DNA of 64,000 nt from Azolla caroliniana. Taxonomy: Eukaryota; Plantae; Polypodiophyta. The notes under the pieces are model-generated. The model searched no databases. It worked only from the letters and a program-made list of their open reading frames with translations, and was not told the DNA's origin. The position numbers and the translations under genes are program-made. The DNA lies in assembly GCA_043228905.1 (NCBI GenBank), contig JBHGNT010000012.1, positions 7,812,001-7,876,000 on the forward strand. The letters run 5' to 3'. Position 1 is the stretch's first letter; each line of letters starts with the position of its first letter. Below, piece after piece: positions 1-13,269 of the stretch.

Positions 1-950
1 TAATCTCCCTCATGAATTTTGGGGAGAGGCACTCAAAACTGCAGTACATGTATGCAATAGATGCCATCATGTGTCTTTAAAAGGTGACATCCCTGAAGAG
101 GTTTGGTTTGGCAAACCTGCTTCATATGATCACTTACATGTCTTTGGCTACGAGGCTTTTGTACATATAAGGCCTGAGCTGAGAAACAAACTTGATGCCA
201 AGTCCATTAAAGGCCTCTTCATGGGATATGGTGAAGAAGGCGAAATGGGTTACAGGATTTGGATACCCCAGCTCAAGAAGGTTATACGCAGCCGGGATGT
301 TGTTTTCAATGAGGCAAGGCTGCTTCACAACAACTGTGCCTTAAAAGATGATCATAAAAGGATTAGATTTCAGCATGACCAGCCACTTGTTAGACCCAAT
401 TTTGACCCTCAGGATGCACCACAAAGGACAAGGAGTGGAATACTATGTTTCATGCACGCACAAAACTTATTGATGTGCAATATCATTTCATTCAAGAAGT
501 GCTTGAGGATGGCCTTATCACATTGATAAAGGTCCACACATCGCAAAACCCTGTTGATGTAATCACCAAGTGCTTACCCAAAGCTAACATCAGGTATGTA
601 TACAGATGGTGGGAGTTACGTAGCTTAATGGCGTCATTTATGCCTTTAAGTGGGAGGTTGTTGGGGTAAAGGCCCTAAATGACCCCCTTATAGTGTGTAC
701 ATGTGTATAGGCCTAATTATAAAGGCCAAAAGTCACTTTTCACATACTCTTTATTTTTGGGCCAAGTTCAATGTGAACTTGGCCAACCCTAAATGGGTCA
801 TATAAAACATAGGTTTAGAACTTTTGGATGTCACTTCAAAGGTGGGCTCCTCCAACTGCTATTCCTCTATCTTTTCAGCCATTTCTCTACAGTTGCACCG
901 AAAGTGCCCATAATTGGGTGACTCTTGAGTGTTCCTCAAGCCTATTGACA
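1..950 (+). mobile_element. Ty1/copia remnant (integrase C-terminal part fused to RNase H end, PPT, 3' LTR 659-950) inside TTC5 intron 5
   Basis: ORF 71-526 has HLHVFG..AFVHI..KLDAKS..FMGYG; ORF 445-669 has FHARTKLIDVQYHFIQE. PPT AAGTGGGAGG precedes TGTTGGGG at 659, and the LTR ends in TTGACA at 950. RT is absent (internal deletion). Confidence 0.85.
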
Positions 951-1241
951 TCATTTCTGACCCTTTCATTGAATACTATCTATACATGGAATGTGGTGAA
1001 CAGTAATGAAATTCATGGAATGACAACTAAAAAGAATTGGAAATACAAGAAGGAAAAGGTGAAAATATTGTGAACCTTGGGAATCCCCACGGAAAGGGTC
1101 AACTAAATTTCGTTTTCAAACACCAATGAAGGAACAAACATTACAGAAAGAGAACTTAAATATATTGCTATAGAGCCATATTCACAAATTTTGATAGAGT
1201 AGAAACTATTTTAGAAATAATCCTCAAGTAAGAATTCTTAC

Positions 1242-1331
1242 ACCATGATTGGCCATCCTTAACATCTAGACTAACTGCATGTTTTGCATGTTTGATGCTC
1301 TCCTCAACTGCCTGAGCCTCGTCAGAAGATC
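1242..1331 (-). CDS. TTC5: TTC5 exon 5 (gene continues left of window)
   Basis: AG/GT-bounded and in phase with exon 4; translates GSSDEAQAVEESIKHAKHAVSLDVKDGQSW. Confidence 0.88.
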
Positions 1332-3099
1332 CTGTCACACAAATAACAAGCCCAAGGTTGAGTATCTATTGGCTGGTTCTTACCAAAATCTTACAGAAAC
1401 ATATAATAACTCTGTTACTTCGTTTTTGTGGAACTAGACAGCATAAATTACTTGTAAATAAGAAAGTTGTTTTAATAGTGTATCTAAGGGGGTCAAACTG
1501 GCCTATGAGGCAAGAAACTGAAACTGATGAATATAATCTGGCCTAATAGTTATATGCCATACTATCCTCTATCTACTTTGGACTGCATCTACTCTAGTTT
1601 GATCTATGCTTTGCAGTTAATGTGCATATGGATGCCGCTGAGTTAAAATGCAGATCACAGTGCTTGGAATTAGGATCAATTTTATGTAATCTAAACATCC
1701 GATGACCTGTGAAATGACGTCCTGAGACTCAGCTTGATGCCAAGTGCTGTAGAATAAAATGCTAATATAGAGCATCTTTCAAGGGGGGATCTCACACAAG
1801 TCGTGTAAAGTACACAATCTGAAACAAATGGATTGGTTGGAACCATTTTCCGAGGACCTCATTAATGAGTTGCAGCATCTTCCACTTATACGAAGATTAG
1901 TAAGGTTTCATAACTATATTTTCTGGCCCATTGAGAAACAGATGCAGTTTTTGCTATTTGCCTCATGAACGGTCTGTTATCACTTGACACATTCGTATCA
2001 AAGAAACTTTAGCAACCCATTCTGCCCTTCCTTAGATATCCAATATTGCTTGTATTTATTGCTCCTTGTGGAAAGCACTCCTTTGATGGATGCAAGGATA
2101 ATTGAGAGTAGGAAATGAAAAGCAAGTGGACATTTATTTGAATTCCAAGATGTATCAGCCTACCAAACCTTCCTATGATACTGCCAACTTTTTTAAATGA
2201 AAAAAGATGTATCTAGAGCACCAGCCTATTTGCATAATCGAAAATGCATGTCAACTCTTTTCATGTGATGGTAGGTGAAGTCTACTAAAAGGCATTCCAC
2301 CTAATGATATGTGCCCTATGAGACACTAACCCATGCCGCAATGTGTAAACTGCAAGACCTTTGTGGAGATTTTTGGGTTCTTTAGTGTTTACTACATATT
2401 ACATTCTACATAAAGTCTTGCTGATGGTAGGAGTGGGCAACTAAAGATTTAATCCAGGTACCAATGGGACTCTATCTCTAGGTCAAAACCCTGTGTTTTT
2501 CATGAGTGGGGAGAAAGAGCGGACAAGCCATAACGATGGAAGCTCAAACACATTCCCAAATGGTCATTACAAACATGCATGCTCATGACCTTTGGGTCTG
2601 CCTCCAGTACTTCACACCAAGCACCACTTCATTTTCTATTCAAGGATAGCCACCGTATAACCACTTATAAATTACAACCAGGATTCATTTGCCTCTACAC
2701 AGTCTATTGGAACTAAAACTCACTACTAACCATACATGCATAACCTTTAAAATTATAGATTTACATCTCTCCATCATTGTTGCGATTCTGCATAAGAACC
2801 AAGTTTCCAGAAAACAAAAAATATATATGCTTCCTTTTTAATCAACATATAATAATATAATAATGAGTTACCTATGATACACAAAACACATTATCATTCA
2901 CTAACTTTGTAAAAGTTCACAGCACACTTTTGCCATACTCAGCCATGAAAATGTCTAGAACTGAGTAAGAGAAAGTTGTTACGCTCTCAAGTTTTATGAA
3001 ACTAAATTTCTAATAGGTGAAAAATTCAAAATTTGCCTAGCATACACAGTGCTTAAGAAATGTTGTCGTGGTTATTCCGTGTGAGAGACCATTGGTTAC

Positions 3100-3157
3100 C
3101 TTTCGCAATTCGCCTCTCCAACATGGACAGCTGTCGTAGAATTTTCTTATCAAGACC
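3100..3157 (-). CDS. TTC5: TTC5 exon 4
   Basis: AG/GT-bounded; GLDKKILRQLSMLERRIAK. Confidence 0.88.
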
Positions 3158-3246
3158 CTAGACAGAAAATAAGTGACTTCATGAAGCAATACATCCCCCA
3201 AAATCCAAGTTCATTCTGAACGCATGCGTGCATCATCACTATTTAC

Positions 3247-3357
3247 CTTCTTCAAAGCAAGAGTAAAACAGTTTTTGGCAGCAGTCAGGTCACCTTTTTT
3301 CCAAAAACAATTTCCCAAACATGACCATGCATCTGCAAGAGAAGGGTCCAGCTTCAC
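3247..3357 (-). CDS. TTC5: TTC5 exon 3 (TPR)
   Basis: AG/GT-bounded, 111 nt; VKLDPSLADAWSCLGNCFWKKGDLTAAKNCFTLALKK. Confidence 0.92.
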
Positions 3358-3453
3358 CTACAGTATTAGCATTCTGCTTAGTTCATCTGAAACGTAAGCA
3401 TTTGTGGATACATGAAGCTTTACTTATATGAGAAAGGAAACTTTAGAACCTAC

Positions 3454-3563
3454 TGCTTTAGATAGATGGTCCTCCGCCTCCTTGCAATACTCAGAACCTG
3501 CATCTAGTGCTTTTCCTCTCAAGTATTCAAATAATGCTCTGCGTGATGATGGTTTTCTCTGGT
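3454..3563 (-). CDS. TTC5: TTC5 exon 2
   Basis: AG/GT-bounded; DQRKPSSRRALFEYLRGKALDAGSEYCKEAEDHLSKA. Confidence 0.92.
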
Positions 3564-5677
3564 CTGTACATCATAATCCCTCAGATTTGTAAGTAACAGT
3601 TAAATTTTGTTTTACAATGTCCAATATTAGATAAGTCAATATGCATCCTAAACATTCCAGCCTAGAGGACAACAGATAAGGTCTGAGTTCACAACAGACT
3701 TGAACAATCAAAGCTTCTGTAAGAATTTCACTTCTGGAAACAATACAACGATGTTTCGCTAAACACGAAAGATATCTCGAATCCCCTTCCTGAGGCAGCA
3801 CATATTACTGCAACTGTACTGCGTCATGAAATGATGAGACCTCACAAAGAAAATTGGAATGAAAAGTTAATATTTTACCATCTGCATATGACTCATGTGA
3901 GGAACTGCTTTTCATCCATCCATGGTATACAAGATTTTAGATACATTCATAAGGGAATATTTGCATCCTCTTTCTCAATGAGAATACTAAGTGCTGACAT
4001 GTCAAAGTCATATCGACATATTAGAATTAAGAAACAAATTATTAACTTGCTCAATATCAGAGAAAGTTTCTCCTTATACCAAAACAGTTCGCTAAAAGAT
4101 AACATGTAATAGAGTAATGTAGAACTCAGAAAAGCAGTTGAGAGTATAGTTCTTTGTATCAGAGATCCCAGATCTCTGGAAATTCAATATCTGTATCTGT
4201 AGAATTTTAGATCAGATTTCAAATGCCTTGTTTCAGAATTGGGTTAAATATCACCATTTTTCCCTAAAAATATTGGATTTTCAGCCGAATTATTTTTCTT
4301 TGTAGAAAAATCAAATTGGACTTTACATGGAGCTAGGAGAAAAATGAGCTCATACTTAGGGCAGCCCCTAAATTTGATAGTTTTTTATCATGCATACCAT
4401 ATCCCCCTTGGTTTTAGGGTACAGGAAGATATATGATCTTGTGTATTTTTGGAGCGCTTCTGAACCATACTTCATACCCATATGTAAGCATATAGATCGT
4501 TGCCTCAAGGAAAGTTTGTGGTGTTCATATCAACAGCAGATAAATGTTTGACGATGTTAAAATGAATTTAGCATGGAATCAGCAGACAAATGGGTAAAAC
4601 ACAAATATAGTAGACAAAAAGGATATATTAATATTTATATTAATATTTATATAAATATCACCAAAAGACCATCATGGCATAGAAGACCTAATAAAGCATG
4701 GTCACTGAGGATTCCATGAAAGCAGTGTTACATGGATGAAGGAAGCAGAATAGCATGTGTCAATGAGATCAACGGTAGAAAGAAGGGAAGAAATAAATAC
4801 TAACATCTCTGAAAGACCATAACAGCATAGGACACCCATACTCCTAATCAAATATATATACAGATTCTCGTTCCAACCTAGATGTTTCATCCAGTTGGGA
4901 GAAGTGTTCAATATGGTGCATCAATGGCCATGTACATAATGTATTTACTATCCCCAACGACAAGGCTTTTCAATGTATATGCATCAGATAAGTTTGCATA
5001 AATGTCTCACAGTTCCGGTAAGCGGCTCACATCCCATTATGGAAAGTATTGATCCCAGGAATGATCAATATATTCATACAGTTTTAAATAGCTAGATTTT
5101 CCCACCCCCAACCAAAATGCTTTCATCCAGTAAAAAACAATTTTTAGATCAGAACAATCAAAATATGTGCATCATATCATAGGCACATGCTATGATTTAC
5201 CTTCAAGCATGTAGAAGTGGTAGAAACATACACGTACCCTTATATGCAAATGCATAATTTACTTGACTATATATAAGTGGTAAGAATGTATAGTCATCAA
5301 ATCCTAAGCACATTCCATGATTTTCCTTCGTATATGTCGAAGTCGTAAAAATGAGTAGGCACTGTATGCATATGTGCATGCCATAATTTCCATACATATA
5401 TGTAGAATTGGTACATGCAGCATATACAAATGCATATACGTATATGATTTAACTTAATATACGTATTGTAGTGGGTTACACATGCAGTGATTATGCACAA
5501 GTAAAAACGCAAATGCATCATAGACAGAGGCAATCCAGAAATACTAATGCACTGATATATGTATAAATGGTACAATTGCAAAAGCGTACATCTCTGAGAC
5601 AGTGGGAATTATGCAGCATATACAATCCACAAAAAAATTTCAAAGACCCAAAAATGCATTTGTTTTGAGGGACTTAC

Positions 5678-5846
5678 CTGGTGGTATGCTATCGAGAATG
5701 GCGAGGACACGAGAGGTTCCATGGTCGAGGCGGGATTTCTTGACAAAAGGATCGCTAGAGAAGAAGGTGTCGCGAAGTAAATAGACGTCTTCGAGGGGAG
5801 ATGCCGCGGCGGCCAAGGGATCGCCTTCTGCATCTGGGTTCTCCAT
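5678..5846 (-). CDS. TTC5: Tetratricopeptide repeat protein 5, exon 1
   Basis: MENPDAEGDPLAAAASPLEDVYLLRDTFFSSDP...LAILDSIPP followed by a GTAAG donor; matches the TTC5 N-terminus; phases are consistent through exon 5. Confidence 0.88.
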
Positions 5847-5851
5847 GAAAC

Positions 5852-5889
5852 ACAGACAGAGACAGAGACAGAGACAGAGACAGAGACAG
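5852..5889. repeat. (CAGAGA)n microsatellite in TTC5 5' UTR
   Basis: Directly visible. Confidence 0.9.
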
Positions 5890-6067
5890 GGGAGGGGGGG
5901 CGGGCACAAGAAAACCTGTGAGAAGCTTCAAGAAGAAAACCTGGATTTTCTGTATTTCCAACGATGCCCCTCTCTCTCTCCCTCTCTCTCCCTGTTTTCC
6001 TGTGGGAGTGTGTCTTTTAATTTTCTGTATTTCCAAACATACCCCTCCCAAACTTTTCTATAAACGA

Positions 6068-6166
6068 CTCGACTCTCGATTCCTCATGGATTCAAATTCA
6101 AATCCTTGTACTTCCTCACACCTTTGTTGCTACATATATCTATCTATCTATCTATCTGTATGTATG

Positions 6167-6197
<31 letters not shown>

Positions 6198-7371
6198 ATG
6201 CCACGTTGATGTCTCTCTCTGTCTAATCCTCTGCGTTTTTTGCAATGCTTGGCTACTTTCTGCATCCTCTTGGCCTCATCTCGATGTTCCTAGTTTCATC
6301 ATTGTTCTCTCTATACTCTTCTGCATTTCTCTGACCATACCCTATACCTTGTTATCCTAACTACAAGACATCATGGATTCCGAATGGACAACAAATGAAT
6401 GATATGGAACTCAACACGCTCAACGGTGGTCTAGTTCCATGGAAGACCCCTAGAAGATACCATAGAAGAAAAGGACGCGATCGTAGCACCCCGAGTAGCA
6501 CAAGAAGAGTGCACAAGGCACCCAAAATGCAGGTTTCGTTCGTTGTTGAAGAGGGAAACATGATGTATTACACAAGCGATGAATCTTATGAGAGATGATA
6601 TAAAAAGAGCATCAAGAGGGGAAATGAAAAAGGATATAGAGAAACAAAAATAGAGTTGTATGCCTCTCTCAAAATCGAGTTAGGACTGATGTCGGGTATT
6701 TTGAAGATACATTTAGGAACACATATATGACTATGTATATAGAGACTTGTTCATGCATGGTTACGAAATTCCCCAGTGTACAAGGATATAGATGGGAGTT
6801 GATATGTTGTCCCCAACCACACACCAAAGAAGCACTAGAGACTTGGGAGGAGGGTATATGTTGTACAAAAAGGAGCTCCATGCTAGCACGCATGTTGTGC
6901 ATAAGGATGTAGATGTGCATTATATGTGTATACAAATCAAAAGAGGGGATCTTAGGGAACTATATATTGCAATTTTCATACTCAAGGTTTGCACCTCTCA
7001 AAGAGTCACCATATGTACCATTATATGATGATATCATTATATTTACTACTATTAGGGACATAATACTATTACGAGACTTCAATGGATGAACTAAGGATGA
7101 ATAAACAACTATATTTGACACCATTCACCTTGTTAATCATGGAGAAGTTATGGCATAAGAGATCAGTCTAACGAGACAAGCTAAAAATACAAGTGAAGTA
7201 ACATAATATGGCAAACACTTTCCAACCTTGGGAATTGTTGATATATAATGGATTGTCACAATGGCCTAGATTAGATGCTTTGACATGTTGGAACCCAAAA
7301 GGTGGCGCAAGAATAGTTGTTTACTTAATGGGATCTCCATCTCTTACGAATGAAATAACATAGTTCACTAT
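6068..7371 (+). repeat. Copy 1 of ~1.3 kb direct duplication (copy 2 at ~7916-9208)
   Basis: Both copies run from CTCGACTCT..ATGGATTCAAATTCAAATCC to GAAATAACATAGTTCACTAT with high identity. Confidence 0.92.
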
Positions 7372-7915
7372 TGTTGAGGGTCGAACTCAACTTCCCATAG
7401 AGATAGGTTTCACACTAGCTCGTCGACATACCAGGCTAGTCTTGTAAATAGTAGAAAGGGCCCTTGCCCTAGTTTAGTTTGTATTTAAACCAACCCCTTG
7501 TAACTTAGTTACTGTTGGAAGTATTTTGGTTAATATAATATACAGTCTTTATCTCTCTCTCTCTCTCTCTCTCTCTGTGTTTTGCCTTACGTGCATACAC
7601 ACTCACTCACTCAATTATCTTCCGTTGCATTACACCACCAGCTCCATTTATTTACATGGTATCAGAGTGTGTGGTTGCTTAATTGAATCTATTCAACTAT
7701 GTTGTAGTACACGCCGATGATCAACAGAACCGGCTCATCAATAGAGAAGAAATCGACATAATGAACACTCAAATGGGAAGCGCTCTTCCTACCGAGAATC
7801 TTGATAGAACAAACTTCGCATCGTGGGAATACAGGATGCATCAATACCTTGTCGGACAATGTTACTGGAGCTACATTGAAGGAGCTCACGAAACTCAACC
7901 CAACCCAACACACGC
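7372..7915 (+). mobile_element. Truncated Ty1/copia 5' end: LTR 7372-7656, PBS(Met) 7657-7667, gag start
   Basis: TG...CA LTR, TGGTATCAGAG, then gag N-terminus LDRTNFASWEYRMHQYLVGQ.YWSYI. Confidence 0.88.
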
Positions 7916-9208
7916 CTCGACTCTGATGGATTCAAATTCAAATCCTTGTACTTCCTTACACCTTTGTGGCTGCATATATGTAGGTATGTATCTATCTATC
8001 TGTATGTATGTATGTATGTATGTATGTATGTATGTATGTATGTATGTATGTATGTATGTATGTATGTGTGCGTGTGTGCATGCATGCATGCCACGTCGAT
8101 GTCTCTCTCTGTCTGATCCTCTGTGTTTTCTGCAATGCTTGGCTACTCTCTGCATCCTCTTGGCCTCATCTCGATGTTCCTAGTTTCATCATTGTTCTCT
8201 CTGTCCTCTTCTGCATTTCTCTGACCATTATACCCTATACCTTGTTATCCTAGCTACAAGACATCATGATTCTGAATGGACAACAAACGAACAATATGGA
8301 ACTCAATGGTGGTCCGGTTCCATGGATGACCCCAAGAAGATACCATAGAAGAAAAGGACGAGATCGTAGCACCCCGAATAGCACAAGAAGAGTGCACAAG
8401 GCACCCAAAATGCAGGTTTCGTTCATTGTTGAAGAGGGGAAACATGATGTATCACGCAAACGATGAATCTTATGAGAGATGATATAAAAAGAGCATCAAG
8501 AGGGGAAATGAAAAAGGATATAGAGAAACAAAAATAAAGTTGTATGCCTCTCTCAAAATCGAGTTAGGACTGATGTCGGGTATTTTGAAGATACATTTAG
8601 GAACACATATATGACTATGTATATAGAGACTTGTTCATGCATGGTTATGAAATTCCCTAGTGTACAAGGATATAAATGGGAGTTGATATGTTGTCCCCAA
8701 CCACACACCAAGAAGCACCAAAAAGGAGCTCCATGCTAGCACACATGTTGCGCATAAGGATGTAGATGTGCATTATATGTGTATACAAATCAAAAGGGGG
8801 GATCTTAGGGAACTATATATTGCAATTTTCATACTCAAGGTTTGCACCTCTCAAAGAGTCACCACATGTACCATTATATTTACTACTATTAGGGACATAA
8901 TACTATTACTAGACTTCAATGGATGAACTAAGGATGAATAAACAACTATATTTGACACCATTCGCCTTGTTAATCATGGAGAAGTTATGGCATAAGAGAT
9001 TGGTCTAACGGGACAAGCTAAAAATACAAGTGAAGTAACATAATATGGCAAACACTTTCCAACCTTCGGAATTGTCGATATATAATGGATTTTCACAGTG
9101 GCCTAGATTAGATGCTTTGACATGTTGGAACCCAAAAGGTGGCGCAAGAATAGTTTATTACCTAATGGGATCTCCATCTCTTACAAATGAAATAACATAG
9201 TTCACTAT
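7916..9208 (+). repeat. Copy 2 of ~1.3 kb direct duplication, with expanded (TGTA)n at ~8001-8066
   Basis: Aligns by eye to 6068-7371; lacks the Copia insertion. Confidence 0.92.
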
Positions 9209-9282
9209 ATTTGGTAGACCTATTGGCTCGAGAGCATATCATGCATAATTACGCTTTTGAGGTGAAGGATGGATGCACAAGT

Positions 9283-9506
9283 ACCAATTTACTCGAGAGA
9301 CAATTGATGTGTATAGATGTGGAGTATATCATGGCATGCTAGATTTGGATCCTTTCACACCCTTAGATGAAGTTACACGAGGATTTTCAAGATCACCAAT
9401 TTACTTGAGAGACAATTGATGTGTATAGATGTGCAGTATATCATGGCATGCTAGATTTGGATCCTTTCACACCCTTAGATGAAGTTACAGGAGGATTTTC
9501 AAGATC
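9283..9506 (+). repeat. Tandem duplication, 2 x 112 bp
   Basis: ACCAATTTACT..TTTTCAAGATC starts at 9283 and again at 9395. Confidence 0.92.
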
Positions 9507-9928
9507 ATTGCATACAACAACCACAAATGCCTTCCCCCTTTTTCCAGGCAACAATCAAAGCCCCCAAACTTGGCAGAGTCATGTATGAATGTCATGATAC
9601 AAGGAGATGCTCAAAATGTGACGTAACTCGGGGTATTTATACACAAAAAAAGAAAGAGAAAACTTCCAACACCTCACTGAGAAGAAGGGATTGCATTTAG
9701 CTAATTTTGAATAGCATTTGTATTGCTAGCTTCTAGGAAGAGAAAAGAAAGAAGAATATGGATTTTTTTTAGTGAGAGGAAATCTACTAGACAACCAACC
9801 TCACCTCATGTATGGCATGAATATGCAAAGGTACTGTATGATATCTCGGGGCAACCTCTAGCTCCCCATCCACATGTGTTGGTACTTTGTGAGTACCTTA
9901 GTCAACTATACATATAGTTAGTTGACTT

Positions 9929-11453
9929 TGTGTGGAATAGGATCTTGAATATGGAGTCGACAAACAAGTAACAAGAGAGAATATGGTGCACTATCATCAC
10001 ACAACGACAATGTAGAGATAATACAGAACGATGATGACAATTACACTCGGAGACCATTAGAGCTCAAGATAGTTTCTTGCATTACGTCCTCAGTTACAAG
10101 AATTGGTTCCTCATATTTATAGTTAGGGTAAGTAAGCTCTAACTGTGAGGATGTGTTCACACTAGGATTACAATGGGTAGAGTGGAACTTTTGGCCCAAC
10201 AAACTCCCCCATAAAAAAAATTACTCTAACCATTACAAAGAATTAGGGGTTATCTTCCCCAAAAGCTTAAATTACAATTTGAATTTAAACTATAATTAGA
10301 GTATATACAAGTCGGTCGGCTAATTGCCAAATCGGTAGTGGTAGAGTCGGCTCCTTGGTCCTTCGGACTTCAACTCTTATGGTCGACTGATCCTCGTGCC
10401 TCCTTTTGGATCTGTGATCGGCTTTTGGCTTCTTCTGCCCTTCAATTAGCTTTATACCTTTCGGCACTTTCGTACTCTGCCTATTTAACACATTCAACCT
10501 TTCTGGTTTCTAACTTTCCTACTGTTTCATCAGATTCGGCTGCCTTGTGCTCCTCAACTTGATGTAGTCTCCTTAGTGCTCTGAAGCGGTGATTTGGGAG
10601 TGGCTTCGTTATGCTGTTGGCAATGTTCACATTTCAGTATCTTCCTTTCAGACTTCAAGCTTTTTGTTAGTGACGAGCTCCTGGATATGGTGATACCTCG
10701 CCTCAATGTGTTTCGTCTTGGCATGATAAAACAGATTCCAAATGAGGTGGGTTGCTCTCTCTGAGTTGCAATAGAGAGTCAGAGTGAGATGGTTGGGTCG
10801 CTCCCTGCCGAAAAATTGGTCATCAATCGTTGCAGCCAAATTGCTTCCTTCACAGCTTCCGATGTGGCGATGTACTCAGCCTCTGTTGTGGAGAGAGTCA
10901 TACATTCTTGGAGCTTCGACCTCCACGAGATTGCTTCGTCTCTGAAGATGAAGACATAACCTGATGTTGATTTCCAATTGTCGAGGTTGCCAACATGGTC
11001 GGAATCGGTGAAGCCGCCAACTTCAAACGGTTCAATCCGAAAGTCAATTGTAAGTTCTCAATTCTGCAAAAATACCAAAATATGTGTTTAATAGCTTCCC
11101 AATGCTTCTTTCCGAGATTCGAAATGTTGTGACTAGTGGCACCTATGGCATATGCAAGGTCAGGTCCGGTGGCCACCATTGCTTACATGAGACTTCCTAT
11201 GACCGATGCATAGGGTGTCTTCCTCATGAGCTCTTTCTCCACCTTTGAGGAGGGATATTCCCTGTCTAATAGTCGAATCGACGTCGGGAGTAGAGTCGGT
11301 ACAAGCTTCAATTTGTCCATGTTGAGTCACCTCAACACCTTCCGGATATAGTCGGATTGGGAGAGCCATAGGATCTTCTTTGTCTTGTCTCGCTCTATCC
11401 TCACGCCTAGGATGTGTCGATCCTCTCCAAATTCCTTCACGTTGAGCGAGCAA
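9929..11453 (-). mobile_element. Degenerate Ty1/copia 3' part (RT end, RNase H, PPT, 3' LTR ~9929-10201)
   Basis: Minus-strand PDLAYAIG..GKKHWEAIKHIF and FYHAKTKHIEARYHHIQE; PPT complement AACTCCCCC at ~10202. Confidence 0.75.
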
Positions 11454-11705
11454 AGCTCAACTTGGGCCAGATTGGCTAAAGAAGATGAGAATCAGATTGG
11501 ATGGAAACCGATCAGTTAGGCCTAGATCGGTTGAAGAAGTCAAGAGCTAGGTCGGATGGAGATCGATCTGCTAGGCCAGATCGACGGGGAGCCGATAGGC
11601 CGTTAGGACCTATATTCCTCATAGGAATATTTTAGGTGTCAGTGTTAGTAGTTCATTTATGAGCATTGAAGTACCTATCAATACTTTTGAGGACTTGTAT
11701 AAATA

Positions 11706-13105
11706 ATGCTCACTGAGCACATTGCATGTACCAACTGGGTGTACAAGGTGAAGTATAATATTGTTGGTTCGGTCAACCGATGCAAGGCCCGATTAGTGGG
11801 CAAAGGGTATGTGCAGACCCACGGAATCGACTACGACGAGACCTTCACTCCAGTAGCGAAGATGACGTCGGTTCGTGTGGTGCTGGCAGTTGTTGTGTCA
11901 TGGGGGTGGCATCTTCACCAAATGGACGTGAAGAATGTGTTTCTTCAAGGTGACCTTGAAGAACAAGTCTACATGATCCAACCCCTTGATTTTCAGTTGG
12001 AGATGAACAAGTCGGCAGTCTACCGACACAAGAAGTCGCTTTACGGCTTGAAGCAAGCCCCTCGATCTTGGAATTTGAAGATCACGCAGTGGTTGCGTAA
12101 GATGGGGTTTGCGGCCTCGAAGGTATGATATGTATCTTGTTATACGTGGATGATCTAGTCATCACCAGACCCGGCCTCGCTGAAATCGGCCGAGTGAAGT
12201 CCTAGTTGTCGGATGCATTCGAAATGAAGGACCTGGGGGACCTTCATTACTTCCTTGGGATCGAAGTGGTCCACACCCCCAATGGCATATTGCTCTCACA
12301 ACGGCACTATGTGTTGAATATGTTGTACAAGTTTGGCATGACGGATTGCCGACTAGTCTCCACACCCCTAGGCTGGAACCTCAAGCTTCGTCCTGACTTC
12401 GAACCGGCTTGCAATGAGAGACGGTTCCGACAAATTGTCAGAAGCCTTATATATTTAACAATAACTCGACCTGACATCAACTATCCGGTCGGGATGACTG
12501 GTTAATTCATGCAAGAACCAACCGTGGAGCATCTTCAGTGCACACACCAAATATTGACGTATGTTAGCGGCACTAAGGACCGGGGACTGTTATACCGACA
12601 CGGTAAAACCGAAAAGCTAGTCGGATATACAAATGTTGATTGGGCTAGTGATGTGTCAGATCGTTGGTCTACTTCTGGTTACATGTTCTCTCTCAGTAGC
12701 GCAACTATTGCGTGGAGTAGCAAAAAGAAACCTATTGTGGCTCTATCGAGCACTGAGGTTGAGTATCAGGACGCTACCATTGCCACCTGTGAAGCCATAT
12801 GGCTTTGGCGGCTATTGCAATACCTGCTGATCCAAGTACAGACTCTAATCCCGATCCACTGCGAGAACATGAGCATCATGCAACTAGTGAAGAACCCCAT
12901 GTTCCATGCTCGGATGAAGCACATCGAAGTGCATTACCACTTTGTACGCGAGTGGGTCCTCACCGGTGAAGTTGAACTCCGGTATGTCTAGACGGATCGA
13001 CAGGTTGCTGACATCTTCACCAAGGCACTCGGCACCGACAAGTAGCAACATTTTTCGAAGATGCTTGGTCTTCAACATCTCGACATGTCGCACTTGAGGG
13101 GGAGA
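11706..13105 (+). mobile_element. Degenerate Ty1/copia RT and RNase H
   Basis: WVYKVK..KARLVGKG, QMDVKNVFLQGDL, YVDD, KHIEVHYHFVRE; ends in TTGAGGGGGAG. Confidence 0.92.
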
Positions 13106-13269
13106 AAGGATGAAACCAAAACAGAAACCGGGAAAATAGGCAAAGGCATCGGACAAGCAGCCGGAGAGAAGGAAACAACTGAAACAGGGGGAGACAAGAA
13201 GAAAAAGGAAGTCGAGTCGACTGAAGAAGTTGGTACATCCGATAAAGTTGGAACAAGTGGCGACAACGG

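Larger units (their letters stand above)
6750..9900 (+). pseudogene. Highly decayed LINE ORF2 (APE endonuclease-like) remnant, partly duplicated
   Basis: Broken-frame motifs resembling L.ETW, YIAIF, GHIILL.DFN, YGKH, LIYNG and GGA..V.YLMG occur in order in both duplicate copies. Confidence 0.5.

Noticed and set aside
2430-2640. Possible tRNA-derived SINE in TTC5 intron 4 (minus strand)
   Set aside because: Only a weak A-box; no clear B-box, tail or TSD.
6395-6598. Duplicated basic peptide ORF (also 8266-8466) as a small gene
   Set aside because: It lies in a duplicated LINE-derived region, the ends differ between copies, and no splice or homology support was seen.
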